A stretch of 64,000 nt of DNA from an uncultured Verrucomicrobiae bacterium. GTDB lineage: Bacteria; Verrucomicrobiota; Verrucomicrobiia; Limisphaerales; Palsa-1400. This document shows positions 28,846 to 38,459 of this stretch, in pieces. The notes under the pieces are model-generated. The model made no database searches. It had not been told where the DNA came from and saw only the letters and a program-made list of their open reading frames with translations. Location: positions 2,016,001 through 2,080,000 of the forward strand of contig OY969763.1 of the NCBI GenBank assembly GCA_963702845.1, written 5' to 3'. The translations under genes and the position numbers were made by a program. Position 1 is the first letter of the stretch. Every line of letters begins with the position of its first letter.

Positions 28846-30719
28846 GTGATGAAGTTTGTTTTTCGGGCTCGTTCTGAGGAGTGTAATCGGTTACGTGGCC
28901 AGGCACGCTGTATTCGTAAGGACCACGGAACACTTCAACTTCCTTATCAAAGTTGCCGTGTGGCGGCGGAGTCGGCGTCTGCCATTCCAATGTCGTCGCT
29001 CCCCACGGGTTGTCGTTAGTGATCTTCTTACCGTTGTTGATGCTCCAGAAGAAATTGAAGATGAACGGAATTTGCGCCAGGCCGAGGCACCAGGCCGCGA
29101 TGGAAACGTTCTTGTTCAAGTCGATGACCCATTTGCTCAAACCGATGATGTCGCCGGCTGCAGAATAGGTCACGCCACCGTCATACAGACGGCGGGACAT
29201 GCCTTCCATGCCTTGAATGAACATCGGCATGAAGATCAGGTTCATGAAAATGAACGAGAGCACAAAGTGAACGCGGCCCCAGGTTTCGCTCATGAAACGC
29301 CCCGTTATTTTTGGATACCAATAATATATGCCGGCAAAAAGACCGAAGATCGTTCCTGGCGCTACGACGTAGTGGAAGTGCGCGATGACATAATAAGTGT
29401 CGTGCAAATGAATGTCGCTGGCGTTAAAGCCAAGTGGCAATCCAGTTAGACCGCCAATTCCGAACATCGGCAGAAAGGCCAGTGCGAACAGCATCGGCGT
29501 GTTGAATCGTATCGAACCGCCCCACAAGCGAAATGAAGAGCGCCGTCAAAATGATGACGGACGGAATCGAAATCATCATCGTGGTGGTTTGGAAGAACGT
29601 CGCAATGCGCGTTCCCATGCCGGTCATATACATGTGGTGCGCCCAGACGATGAACGACAGAAAACCGATGACCAACGAAGCGTAAACCATCGAGCGATAA
29701 CCCCAGATTGGTTTGCGCGTGTTGTTAGCGATGACTTCAGTAACGATACCCATCGCCGGGAGAATCAAAACGTACACTTCAGGATGTCCGAGGAACCAGA
29801 ACAAGTGCTGCCACAGCAATGGGCTGCCACCACCGCTGACGGGCAGGGCCTGTCCGGAAACAACCAAGCCGGTCGGCAGGAAGAAGCTCGTGCCGAGAAG
29901 ATTGTCGGCGAGTTGCAGAACACCGGCGGCTTCGAGCGGCGGAAACGCGAGCAACAAGAGGAACGCCGTCACGAACTGCGCCCACACGAAAAACGGTAGA
30001 CGCATCCAAGTGAGCCCCTTTGCGCGTAATTGGATAATCGTGGTAATGAAGTTAACGGCACCGAGTAGTGACGATGTAATCAGGAACACCATGCCGATAA
30101 TCCAGAAAGTTTGTCCGTTTGGAACGTGCGGATCAGCGACTGTCGCAAGCGGTGAGTAAGACGTCCAACCGGATTTGGCTGCACCGCCGGGAATGAAAAA
30201 GCTCGCGAGCATGATAACGCCACCAACGAAATAGAATTGGTAGCTGACCATGTTTACGCGCGGGAAGGTCATATCAGGCGCGCCGATTTGGAGCGGGGTG
30301 ACGAAATTACCGAAGGCGCCGAACGCCAAAGGCACAATCGCGAGGAACACCATGATCGTTCCATGCATTGCACCAAACGAATTGTACAGGTCAGGCATCA
30401 TGACGCCGGGTTGTTTTGACAGCGGCTCAATGCCAACCATTCCAGGGCCGAGAATTTTGTAGAGCCATTTGCCGACGACTGGCATGGCTTGGCCGGGATA
30501 CGCCAATTGCCAACGCATCATCATCATGAGCACGAAGCCCAAAAACAAAAAGAGCAGGGCAGTAATGCCGTATTGCACGCCGATGACTTTGTGGTCGGTG
30601 GAGAAGATGTACTTGCGCCAGAAACCTAACTCTTCGTGGTGAGCATCGTGGCCATGTCCATGATCGTGATCATGACCATGGTCGTGCGTATGACTATGTG
30701 CAGATTGTGCAGAGTCCAT
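28823..30719 (-). CDS. coxA: Cytochrome c oxidase subunit I (A1 type); apparent +1 frameshift near 29529
   Basis: STDHKVIG, MHGTIM, WFLGHPEVY and WAHHM are in the first frame; HDTYYVIAHFHY and MSRR are in the next. Confidence 0.92.
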
Positions 30720-30821
30720 GTTAATTATTTTTCGATTTCAAAAATCTTATCAACCGCATTTGGCGCAACGGGCGTCAATATATGTAAAAAGAAGCTTCAT
30801 CTGGCAACGACTTTCTCTCGT

Positions 30822-31760
30822 TTAACGCGTTTTATCTAAAACCATTAACCCTAGTAATAATGGTAAGTAGAGAATAGACGCGTAAAACAGCGCCCGCGCT
30901 CGTGCGACCGACAATTCGCGCGAGAAACGAAATGCATACCAAAGAAACACGCCACCGAGAATTAGTGCACCACCTAAATATAAAGGTCCGACCAAGTGAA
31001 AAACGAAAGGGCACAGGCTGATGGGCAACAGTCCAAGCGTGTGGCTCAAAGCCTGACGGCCAGTGCGTTCACCGGTCGGATCGAGAACCGGCAACATCGC
31101 GAATCCGGCGCGAGCGTATTCTTCCCGATACATCCACGCAATTGCCAGGAAGTGCGGCAACTGCCAGAAGAACAAAATGGCAAACAACGCCCAACCGTCG
31201 TTAGTAATTTCACCACGCGCGGCGGTCCAACCCATCAATGGTGGCAGCGCGCCCGGTATCGCGCCAATCGCCGTGTTCAGAGTGGTGACACGTTTGAGCG
31301 GCGTATACACGAACAAATAACTGCACAACGTCGCCGCGCCGAGCACTGCAGTAATTAAATTCACTGCGAACGCTAAATAAATAAGACCCGCTGCAGAACA
31401 AGCTGCGCCGATAACAAGTGCGGTGTCGGGCGTCATGTGTCCGCTTGGAATCGGACGTGACGCCGTGCGTTTCATTTTCGCGTCGTGCTCCCGTTCCAGT
31501 AATTGATTCAACGCAGCGGCCCCGGCAGCAACCATTGCCGTCGCGACAACCGCGTGCAGCATCAACAGATAATTAATCGGACCACGAGAGCCCACGTAAA
31601 ATCCGACGAGTGTCGTGAGCAGGACGAGGAAGGTGAGACGGGCTTTAAACAGATCGCTGAGCAGCGCGCCAAGTGATTTCTCAGTCGTAACAGAGGTAGT
31701 GACGCGAGTTTCCGTAGGAATCGCGGGGGCAGCAGCGATGGTAGTTGCCGTCACTTTCAT
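30822..31760 (-). CDS. ctaB: Protoheme IX farnesyltransferase (heme O synthase)
   Basis: LFKARL, LNQLLEREHDAKMKRTASRP, YTPLKR, GAIPGALPPLMGW, WQLPHF. Confidence 0.92.
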   Translation of the reverse strand: MKVTATTIAAAPAIPTETRVTTSVTTEKSLGALLSDLFKARLTFLVLLTTLVGFYVGSRGPINYLLMLHAVVATAMVAAGAAALNQLLEREHDAKMKRTASRPIPSGHMTPDTALVIGAACSAAGLIYLAFAVNLITAVLGAATLCSYLFVYTPLKRVTTLNTAIGAIPGALPPLMGWTAARGEITNDGWALFAILFFWQLPHFLAIAWMYREEYARAGFAMLPVLDPTGERTGRQALSHTLGLLPISLCPFVFHLVGPLYLGGALILGGVFLWYAFRFSRELSVARARALFYASILYLPLLLGLMVLDKTR

Positions 31761-31761
31761 G

Positions 31762-32994
31762 TCACGTTGTCGAATGCGAAATTCCGAAACTGTTTTCGAT
31801 GGGAACTGCGCAGACTTTTCGGTCCGCGTTGGCTGTTAGCATCCGAAACGCCACTATCGTTAACAACGTCCCGGAAAGCAAGCTCAGCGCGCCCAACGCG
31901 ACATGTGTTGTCGCAATATCAGCAGATTTTCCAGTCCAGATCGTTGCCGCACCCAGGAGCGCCTGACAGCAAATCAATACAACCCACGCACACGACCAAC
32001 GCGTCAGAAGATTTTGCCAGCCGAATGTTCGCAACGTGCGAACGAAGCACGTGACGACACAAACAACAATCGCCAACGCAACGATGCGGTGCACCATTTG
32101 CAAAACGATCTGCGCCGGCGTGATAAACCCGTAAGCTTCTGAAGCGAGCCGCGTCTGGTTGTAGTGCGCCACTGAATCAGCGTCGGTCGCCGGCCACCAT
32201 TTGCCGTAGGCGAGCGGGAAATCTGGAATGGCGAGGCCCGCGTGTTGATGGCGCATCGTGGCGCCGAGAATTAACTGCGCCAAAATCAGAATTGTCGTGA
32301 CCGCATATAAGACCTTCACCGAACTCGCCACACTGCTGGACTGAAGTCTCTTCCAGAAATTTGTCTGGAATAACGCGATTGCAGAAACGAGGCAGAAAAA
32401 CATTTGCGCGAGTGTCGCGTGAAAGATACCCAGTTCATCTTTCATTTCGGTAACACGCAAACCGCCGAGCACGCCTTGAATAACGACTGCGAAGAACGCA
32501 ATCACCCCAAGCGTGCGCATCCATTTTGGGGAAGGTTCACAACGCGGCCAGACGAAGCTCGCAACCACGCCGATTAAACCGATCGCCGCGAGCAACAGGT
32601 CTTCTGACAACCTGGCCGGACGAGCGATGGCGGCGCCAATTCCAGCAATTAAAAAGATCGCGCTGATCACGCGTAGGAATTTGCGCGACTTATATCCATA
32701 CAGCCACAGGGCCAGAATGCTCGTCAGCAACCCGACTCCGGACGCGATCAGCCGATGGCTGTGCTCATAGAAAATCCCTCCGACCCATTTGCTGATCGGA
32801 AAGAAAAACATGTTGTAGCCATAGGTGTTCGGCCAATCGGGGACGGCCATGCCCGCACCGTGGCTCGTGACTAATCCTCCAACCCACACGAGCGCGAAAG
32901 TCATGACCGCAGTCAAAAGCGAAAACACGCGCAAAGGCGTGTTCACACTTCTCGGGCTTGCGTCCGAGGGATGATTTGAGACGGAATCGGACAC
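31762..32994 (-). CDS. ctaA: COX15/CtaA family heme A synthase
   Basis: GGLVTSHGAGMAVPDWP, EHSHR, QGVLGGLRV, IFHATLAQ, MVHR, TTHV. Confidence 0.82.
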   Translation of the reverse strand: MSDSVSNHPSDASPRSVNTPLRVFSLLTAVMTFALVWVGGLVTSHGAGMAVPDWPNTYGYNMFFFPISKWVGGIFYEHSHRLIASGVGLLTSILALWLYGYKSRKFLRVISAIFLIAGIGAAIARPARLSEDLLLAAIGLIGVVASFVWPRCEPSPKWMRTLGVIAFFAVVIQGVLGGLRVTEMKDELGIFHATLAQMFFCLVSAIALFQTNFWKRLQSSSVASSVKVLYAVTTILILAQLILGATMRHQHAGLAIPDFPLAYGKWWPATDADSVAHYNQTRLASEAYGFITPAQIVLQMVHRIVALAIVVCVVTCFVRTLRTFGWQNLLTRWSCAWVVLICCQALLGAATIWTGKSADIATTHVALGALSLLSGTLLTIVAFRMLTANADRKVCAVPIENSFGISHSTT

Positions 32995-33000
32995 TAGCTC

Positions 33001-33711
33001 TTACTTCGGAACTTCAACGGTGAAATCGGCAGTGACCGGTGCGCCTTCGACCTTAACGGTCTTGGTTTCGCCGGGCTTGGTGCCGTGTGCCTTCAGGTGA
33101 TAAGCCGTCAGGGTGTAATCACCAGGAGGAACATTCTTGATCGTAAATTTGCCATTTTCATCAGTGATGGCGAAATACGGATTATCCACAACGCCAACAT
33201 AGGCCAGCATCCAGTCATGCACGTCGCACTTCACTTTAACGAGCACTTGCGGATGGCTGAACTTGCGCTCGTCAGTCTGACCTTGGAGCGGTTGTGCAAA
33301 ATTGAATTCTTCGCTCGACTCCTTCGGCAACGCATGGACGTTGTGCATGATTGCGTCGGAGTTCTTGATTTGAATCGGCTGATTCACCATCGCCCCGACG
33401 ATATACGGCTGATACATGCAGCTGGTTTGATTGAGTACAACGGGCGTGGTCGGAGCGTCGAACTTTTTGCCTTCCGCGCCTTTGGAGATATAAACGAAAA
33501 CGTTCGCCAATCCGCCGTCGCTCGAAACGACATAGCGCCGAGTGCTCGCAGGCGTCGTATGGAACGCGCCGCAATTCTGGTCGAACTTAATCGGAGTTTC
33601 AGGTGGCGGCGTGCCTTTGAGAGTGATTTTACCAGTGATATCGCCTGCGTAGCTCGATGCAGCTGCGACCGTCAATGCAAGTGCCGTCAGTGAAGCGGAA
33701 AGTTTATTCAT
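33001..33711 (-). CDS. Secreted cupredoxin-like / carboxypeptidase-regulatory-like domain protein
   Basis: Signal peptide; NSDAIMHNVH and KCDVHDWM (His...Cys-x2-His-x2-Met); C-terminal G.F.I.NVPPG.Y domain. Confidence 0.72.
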   Translation of the reverse strand: MNKLSASLTALALTVAAASSYAGDITGKITLKGTPPPETPIKFDQNCGAFHTTPASTRRYVVSSDGGLANVFVYISKGAEGKKFDAPTTPVVLNQTSCMYQPYIVGAMVNQPIQIKNSDAIMHNVHALPKESSEEFNFAQPLQGQTDERKFSHPQVLVKVKCDVHDWMLAYVGVVDNPYFAITDENGKFTIKNVPPGDYTLTAYHLKAHGTKPGETKTVKVEGAPVTADFTVEVPK

Positions 33712-33773
33712 AGTGTATTCAATATCTGAATAATTGTTAAAAACTAGCATCGTGCTAAGTGAGTGCAAGAACT

Positions 33774-33791
33774 TTGTGAAACTTTTCACAA
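33774..33791. promoter_or_regulatory. Perfect palindromic TF site TTGTGAA-actt-TTCACAA (Rex box consensus; also fits CRP/FNR-family TGTGA-N6-TCACA)
   Basis: Lies 62 nt upstream of the first gene of the cytochrome oxidase operon, next to a TTGCAC -35-like hexamer. Confidence 0.65.
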
Positions 33792-33800
33792 GCAGTTCGC

Positions 33801-34388
33801 TTACTCGGGAAGATTAGCAATAAAACTATCCTGCGTGCGCCAATATCGGATAAGTCGGATGCGCTTGGGTTCGGTGCTGTGCGCGAGCAGATCAACGTGC
33901 GGATTCGTTCGCGACTTCGCATGCGTAGAGATCGTAAATCGTGCGATGTGCTGCTCATTTTCCATGCTGCCAACGGCAGTCATCGTGCGTGAGACTAGTT
34001 CGTCCAAAGAGCCTGTTTGGAAAGGATGGATGTTGTTTTCGCCGGGAGCACCGTGCGGCTTTTCAGCGAATCCCATGGTTCCATAACATCCCATCACAGC
34101 TTCTTCTGTTGTCGCCAGCGGCACAGAAGAAAGAATGTCATGCAAAATTGCCGGAATGTCCGCGGGTAAATAAGTAACTACATCTTCATGTCCCATCGCT
34201 ACCTCTTGCTCGACTGGTTCCGCCGCAGCTTGATTAGACCGCGACAAACCGCTTGGACGCGACTCTGTTCGCGGGCGATTTGCGACAATAAAACCCACGG
34301 CCGCAGTCAAACCGACTGCAACCATCACGATGGCGAAAGCAAACATGGATGTGACAATAGGGGAGCGGATTACGCTCTCGCAACGCAA
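33801..34388 (-). CDS. Hypothetical protein with N-terminal TM segment (start uncertain)
   Basis: Longest ORF in the gap; hydrophobic N-terminus; no recognised motif. Confidence 0.45.
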   Translation of the reverse strand: MRCESVIRSPIVTSMFAFAIVMVAVGLTAAVGFIVANRPRTESRPSGLSRSNQAAAEPVEQEVAMGHEDVVTYLPADIPAILHDILSSVPLATTEEAVMGCYGTMGFAEKPHGAPGENNIHPFQTGSLDELVSRTMTAVGSMENEQHIARFTISTHAKSRTNPHVDLLAHSTEPKRIRLIRYWRTQDSFIANLPE

Positions 34389-34484
34389 AACTCTACGATG
34401 ATGACTTCGTTAGGCGTCGAGTTCGCTTCCAGGAGATTTGTTGATTCCGGGCGTTGATCAGGCAACTTGGTAGCGACCCGCAAA

Positions 34485-34841
34485 ATGAAATGTTTCAAAC
34501 ATCCCGTCGAAGCCCTTGGCGTTTGTGCTCATTGCGGCCGAGGAGTTTGTGCTGGTTGCGTGACGGATTTGAACGGCGCGCGCCTGGTCTGCTCCAATGC
34601 TTGCGCCGAAACCTTGGGACGGAATGAGAAAGCGCTCGAACTAATTTTGCAAAAGAGTCTGCAGACTGCAAAAGCCAGCGCGTTTTACTGTTACCTATGC
34701 GCCGCACTTTCCTTCGGTGCAGCGATTGCCGCCTATTACACCGCGCCAGTCCCGTTTCTCATTTGGTTTGCCGCCGGATGTGGTGCGGTGCTGCTGACTG
34801 CTGGGATTTGGTATAGCCGCGTCGCCCGTCGACAGCCATAA
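34485..34841 (+). CDS. Small membrane protein with N-terminal Zn-finger-like (B-box-like) Cys cluster
   Basis: MKCFKH...CAHCGRGVCAGC...CSNAC followed by two TM helices. Confidence 0.6.
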   Translation: MKCFKHPVEALGVCAHCGRGVCAGCVTDLNGARLVCSNACAETLGRNEKALELILQKSLQTAKASAFYCYLCAALSFGAAIAAYYTAPVPFLIWFAAGCGAVLLTAGIWYSRVARRQP

Positions 34842-34864
34842 CATCACACGTGCTTAGGACCTAA

Positions 34865-36298
34865 TCAAAGCGTGCTCTGCACCTTCCGTCGCGCGATGCG
34901 CCCCGTGGACTCGGTCAGCAAATTAATCCACATCTGCGCTTCCTTGGAACCGGCATCAAATGGATTTAACATGTGCAACGAGTTCCCGCCTTCCGCCCCA
35001 ATGATTTCCCAATCAATGTAGTAGGAGCAGCCTTCGTTTTTCAGTAACTGCATGGCTTGGGAACGAACGGCCGCACGGGTGTTAACCGGGGCGGCTAAGG
35101 TCGCTTCGTTGATTTCCTTCTGCGTCAACTGCCACGGCTTTGGCGTATTAGCGAGCGACAGGCCGAGGCTGCGTGCCGGGTCGACCTGGTGGAATTCGAG
35201 GTCCTGGCTCTTTAGCCAAGGATGGTTCCACGCGATTTTTTCCTGTTCGCAAAATTGTTGGAGCAGCCAGCGCTTGGTGATCCAGTCCACTTTGCCGACG
35301 AGCGTTTCCGGCTTCGTCGCGAGTGCCTGCAATACCTCACCCCAGATTTGGATGAGATCGTCCGTTTCCTGGTCGCGGCCTTTCAATTCCGACTTCGCGG
35401 CGGCGTGGTATTCCATCAACAAATGAACCGCATCCGCGCAACGCCCATCGGAGAGCTGAACCAGCCACGGGCCTTCAGGTTGATGCGATAAATTGCGGAA
35501 CGCGACAACCGCATCGGCCAAAACAATCTTCGGCACAGCATTCAACTCCAACAAATCGAGAACAATCGAAGTGGTGCCCACTTTCAGCAAAAGCGATGTT
35601 GGCAGAACGTTGGTGTCGCCGTGCAGCAGATGCAGTCGGCGATACTTGCGCGCATCGGCCAGAGGTTCGTCACGCGTGTTGATGATGGCGCGATTGAATT
35701 GCACCCACTCGAACAAATCGTTGTTGATGTAGTCAGCGCGCTGCGACATCTGGAACACGTTGTCCATGCCGGGACGCGCAAGTTCCCCGCGAGTTTCGGC
35801 AGCCATCGTTGCACCAACACGACCCGCGCTGACGTAAAGCATGCGTAACGTCAGGAAAGCGAGTAGGGAATGGACGTTCGTTTCCGTCAATGGCGCGCTG
35901 CGGCGGACGAGATAATTTTCATGGCATCCGAACGTCGCGCCGGAGTAGTGATCGATGTTGTTGCGAATGAAATTAATTTCGCGCTCAAGCCGCATCGATT
36001 TGAGCGCGTTCATCAAAATCGTATCACCGGCCTGGTCGTAGCGGAGGATATCAACGAGGCTCAGACATTCAGGTGTGCAATACTCCAGATGGCCCATGTC
36101 GATGTAGCAGCGGCCGCCGTTAAAAAGAAAACCGCCGTTCCCGGCGGGTTCATCCCAATCACGTTGGTGAACGTCGATCAGTCCATAGCGTTGGTCGCGG
36201 AAAACCCAATCGCGCACCCGAGTGATTGCGCTGGGCGTTCCCGGAAAATCATTCGTTAAACAACCGTATTCGGTCTCAAGACCAACGATGCGATTCAT
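34865..36298 (-). CDS. pafA: PafA-like Pup/UBact-protein ligase
   Basis: RIVGLETEYG, FLFNGGRCYIDMGHLEY, RNNID..GATFGCHENY, NTRDEPLAD..YRRLHLLHGD, VDWITKRWL; no Dop loop; follows prcA. Confidence 0.85.
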   Translation of the reverse strand: MNRIVGLETEYGCLTNDFPGTPSAITRVRDWVFRDQRYGLIDVHQRDWDEPAGNGGFLFNGGRCYIDMGHLEYCTPECLSLVDILRYDQAGDTILMNALKSMRLEREINFIRNNIDHYSGATFGCHENYLVRRSAPLTETNVHSLLAFLTLRMLYVSAGRVGATMAAETRGELARPGMDNVFQMSQRADYINNDLFEWVQFNRAIINTRDEPLADARKYRRLHLLHGDTNVLPTSLLLKVGTTSIVLDLLELNAVPKIVLADAVVAFRNLSHQPEGPWLVQLSDGRCADAVHLLMEYHAAAKSELKGRDQETDDLIQIWGEVLQALATKPETLVGKVDWITKRWLLQQFCEQEKIAWNHPWLKSQDLEFHQVDPARSLGLSLANTPKPWQLTQKEINEATLAAPVNTRAAVRSQAMQLLKNEGCSYYIDWEIIGAEGGNSLHMLNPFDAGSKEAQMWINLLTESTGRIARRKVQSTL

Positions 36299-36350
36299 AC
36301 TACCTATCCAGAAAATCTAAAAACTCACGCTAAAGTGCTGCTTCTCTTCA

Positions 36351-36381
36351 CTTCAGCCTTCAGCATTCATACTTTAGCCTT
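36351..36381. repeat. Degenerate 7-bp tandem repeat in the prcA-pafA spacer
   Basis: cttcagc|cttcagc|attcata|ctttagc|ctt. Confidence 0.5.
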
Positions 36382-36384
36382 ATT

Positions 36385-37125
36385 TCATAACCCCAACTCA
36401 GCCGCGCCCTGCGCCTGATACCGCGCCGCTCGCGCACCTTCTCGTGCCAACCAGCCAACTTCGACAACGCGGCCTTTTACAACCTCACGCCAACCCGCTT
36501 TTCGTTCCTGCTCGCTCGGCATTTTGTCGTCGAAATGTTTGTTCTCAACCAACATCCACCACGCCTGCATCAGGACTTCGGCAATTTGTTTACGATCCGT
36601 GACATTTTTGAAATTCTCATTCAACCATTTTTGCGCTGAGGCTTCACCCTCGGGCGTCGACGCCGCAGTGACGATCCCGCCAATCTGCATTTGAAATGAA
36701 CCATCGAAATGCAATCGGAACAACAGATCTTTGGCGGGCTCGTTGCCTAATTCGACCAGCAGCAATTCCACGAGAAACGGTGCGCTGTAAATTTGTTCGA
36801 AATTCGTTTTAAGCTGCGGGCTGAGTCCGAAGCTGATCAGTCGTCGCAGGCTGACATCTTCCGGCGCGCGGGTGAAAGCTTCCATGTGCGCGGCGTCGAT
36901 CGCCGCCTGGCGAATTTTCTCGATGTCCGCTGGATGGCCAAGGCCGGCGAGGCCGTGGCGGTCGAACAGCTCGAATACTTTTGATTGCCCGCTGCCGACG
37001 CCTACCAAAAGTATCCCGTCAGGCAAGCTGGCGGCAAAAACCGGCGCACCGCCCTTGAGCTGTTCGCGGACGTAATCACGGCGATTCGCGACCGCCTCTA
37101 ACCACCGATATGGTTCCTCTGTCAT
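36385..37125 (-). CDS. prcA: 20S proteasome alpha subunit
   Basis: EEPYRW...RRDYVREQL, SKVFELFDR, LRRLISFGLSPQLK; located between prcB and pafA. Confidence 0.8.
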   Translation of the reverse strand: MTEEPYRWLEAVANRRDYVREQLKGGAPVFAASLPDGILLVGVGSGQSKVFELFDRHGLAGLGHPADIEKIRQAAIDAAHMEAFTRAPEDVSLRRLISFGLSPQLKTNFEQIYSAPFLVELLLVELGNEPAKDLLFRLHFDGSFQMQIGGIVTAASTPEGEASAQKWLNENFKNVTDRKQIAEVLMQAWWMLVENKHFDDKMPSEQERKAGWREVVKGRVVEVGWLAREGARAARYQAQGAAELGL

Positions 37126-37167
37126 GATTTCTTTGTTTGTAGGAGAGAGGTAACGAGTCTCTAATCT

Positions 37168-37941
37168 CTACACGCCTAAAAATTCCTTCTGTTTCGCGTC
37201 CGCAATCGTTTCAACACCGTTTTCAGTCAGCAACTTCAACGTCGCAAACGTGTCACTCGCTGGATTGACGCCGCCAGTAGCAGAGTCGAACTCCGAAGCT
37301 GTCATCAACAGCCTCAAAGCAAATTTCACGGCCTCCTTGGTATTCATCTGCGAAGGTTTCGGTTTGCCGTAATTTTCTTCGAAGCTCAGGATGCTGCGAA
37401 TGGTGCCGGATCCAGAACCCGACGCCGCATAGCCAACAGCCTGGAACTGCGCCCCGAGCGGATCGTAGAAGAAAATACGCGGTTGGGCAGGGGAGACCGT
37501 GTGGTCCACGCCTGCGAACAACGGCACAACAATCCCAACCCCTTGCATCGTCATCGGAAGATTTTCGCGCAAAAGTCGGGCAAGAGCACGCACCCGCGCC
37601 GGCAAACTCAGCGGTTGCAGCTGGCTGCGTCGATAATACTCAAAAGACGTCTGCAACGTCCGCGCCATTTCGAAGGCCGTGGCCGGCACCCCGGCAATGG
37701 CGAGCAAAGACGTCGAATCAATCTCGATGATTTTATCAACGCGATCAGTGACAATCACGTTTCCAGCCGTGGCACGACGATCCCCGGCCATCAACACGCC
37801 ATCGGCACAGTGGAATGCGAAAACCGTGGTTGCCTGGGTTTGAACGGGAGCTGCCGCCGAAGATTCAACTCTGGACGGCGACACTCCTTGTGTCTTAAGC
37901 AGTGCGAAGAAATCGCCTGCAATAGCGTAACTGTGACTCAT
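37168..37941 (-). CDS. prcB: 20S proteasome beta subunit (Ntn hydrolase, 37-aa propeptide)
   Basis: A-TTVFAF...AGDRRATAG...DK gives Thr1, Asp17 and Lys33; ASGSG; FDSATGG. Confidence 0.9.
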   Translation of the reverse strand: MSHSYAIAGDFFALLKTQGVSPSRVESSAAAPVQTQATTVFAFHCADGVLMAGDRRATAGNVIVTDRVDKIIEIDSTSLLAIAGVPATAFEMARTLQTSFEYYRRSQLQPLSLPARVRALARLLRENLPMTMQGVGIVVPLFAGVDHTVSPAQPRIFFYDPLGAQFQAVGYAASGSGSGTIRSILSFEENYGKPKPSQMNTKEAVKFALRLLMTASEFDSATGGVNPASDTFATLKLLTENGVETIADAKQKEFLGV

Positions 37942-38108
37942 TGGCCAGTGCGTTGGCGGTATCGTTTCGCCTGGTCGGGATCGACCTTGCGCATGCGTTT
38001 GAGCAATTCTTCAGTATTGGGTTTCTCTACTTTGGGAGCGCTGGGCCCCTCACCGCCGCCACCGCCACTCGGGGCGACCGGGCGATTTTTTTGAGCTTGG
38101 TCAGGCAT
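37938..38108 (-). CDS. ubact: UBact, ubiquitin/Pup-like modifier protein (56 aa; not in the ORF track)
   Basis: Translated by hand: MPDQAQKNRPVAPSGGGGGEGPSAPKVEKPNTEELLKRMRKVDPDQAKRYRQRTGQ*. The stop overlaps the prcB start (ATGA). The C-terminal R[T/S]G[E/Q] is the UBact signature. Confidence 0.92.
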   Translation of the reverse strand: MPDQAQKNRPVAPSGGGGGEGPSAPKVEKPNTEELLKRMRKVDPDQAKRYRQRTGQ

Positions 38109-38296
38109 AATATTTAGCTTCTAAATTTTTCCCTAAACGCCTTTCACTAAAGTTCGCAGAAATTCAAAAGAGTTCAAGAGCCCTCTATCAAATATACATA
38201 TACGGAACCGTTGATATAAAAGGATATAGGTGCCCACCCTGTACGCCCCATGAAGGATTAAAACCCCCGTCTGCCCGCTCGGACGGTTCGCCCACC

Positions 38297-38340
38297 GAAA
38301 CGCGCCAGCGTCTTGGACTGCGCCAGCCCTATGTCGCTTT
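38297..38340 (+). repeat. Degenerate REP-like element
   Basis: cgcgccagcgtcttggactgcgccagccctatgtcgcttt; GC-rich with imperfect self-complementarity; single copy in the window. Confidence 0.25.
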
Positions 38341-38424
38341 TGCCCCATGACCGATCCTGTCTGAGCGGCGATTCTGGGGGCGACGACCAAATCGTCACGG
38401 TCCTTAACGAGGTGCTTACATGCA

Positions 38425-38453
38425 TTGACACATTAGCTACTTCACAATATACT
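38425..38453 (+). promoter_or_regulatory. Near-consensus sigma-70 promoter
   Basis: TTGACA-17 nt-TATACT, pointing toward smc but about 630 nt upstream of it. Confidence 0.7.
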
Positions 38454-38459
38454 GCCCTG

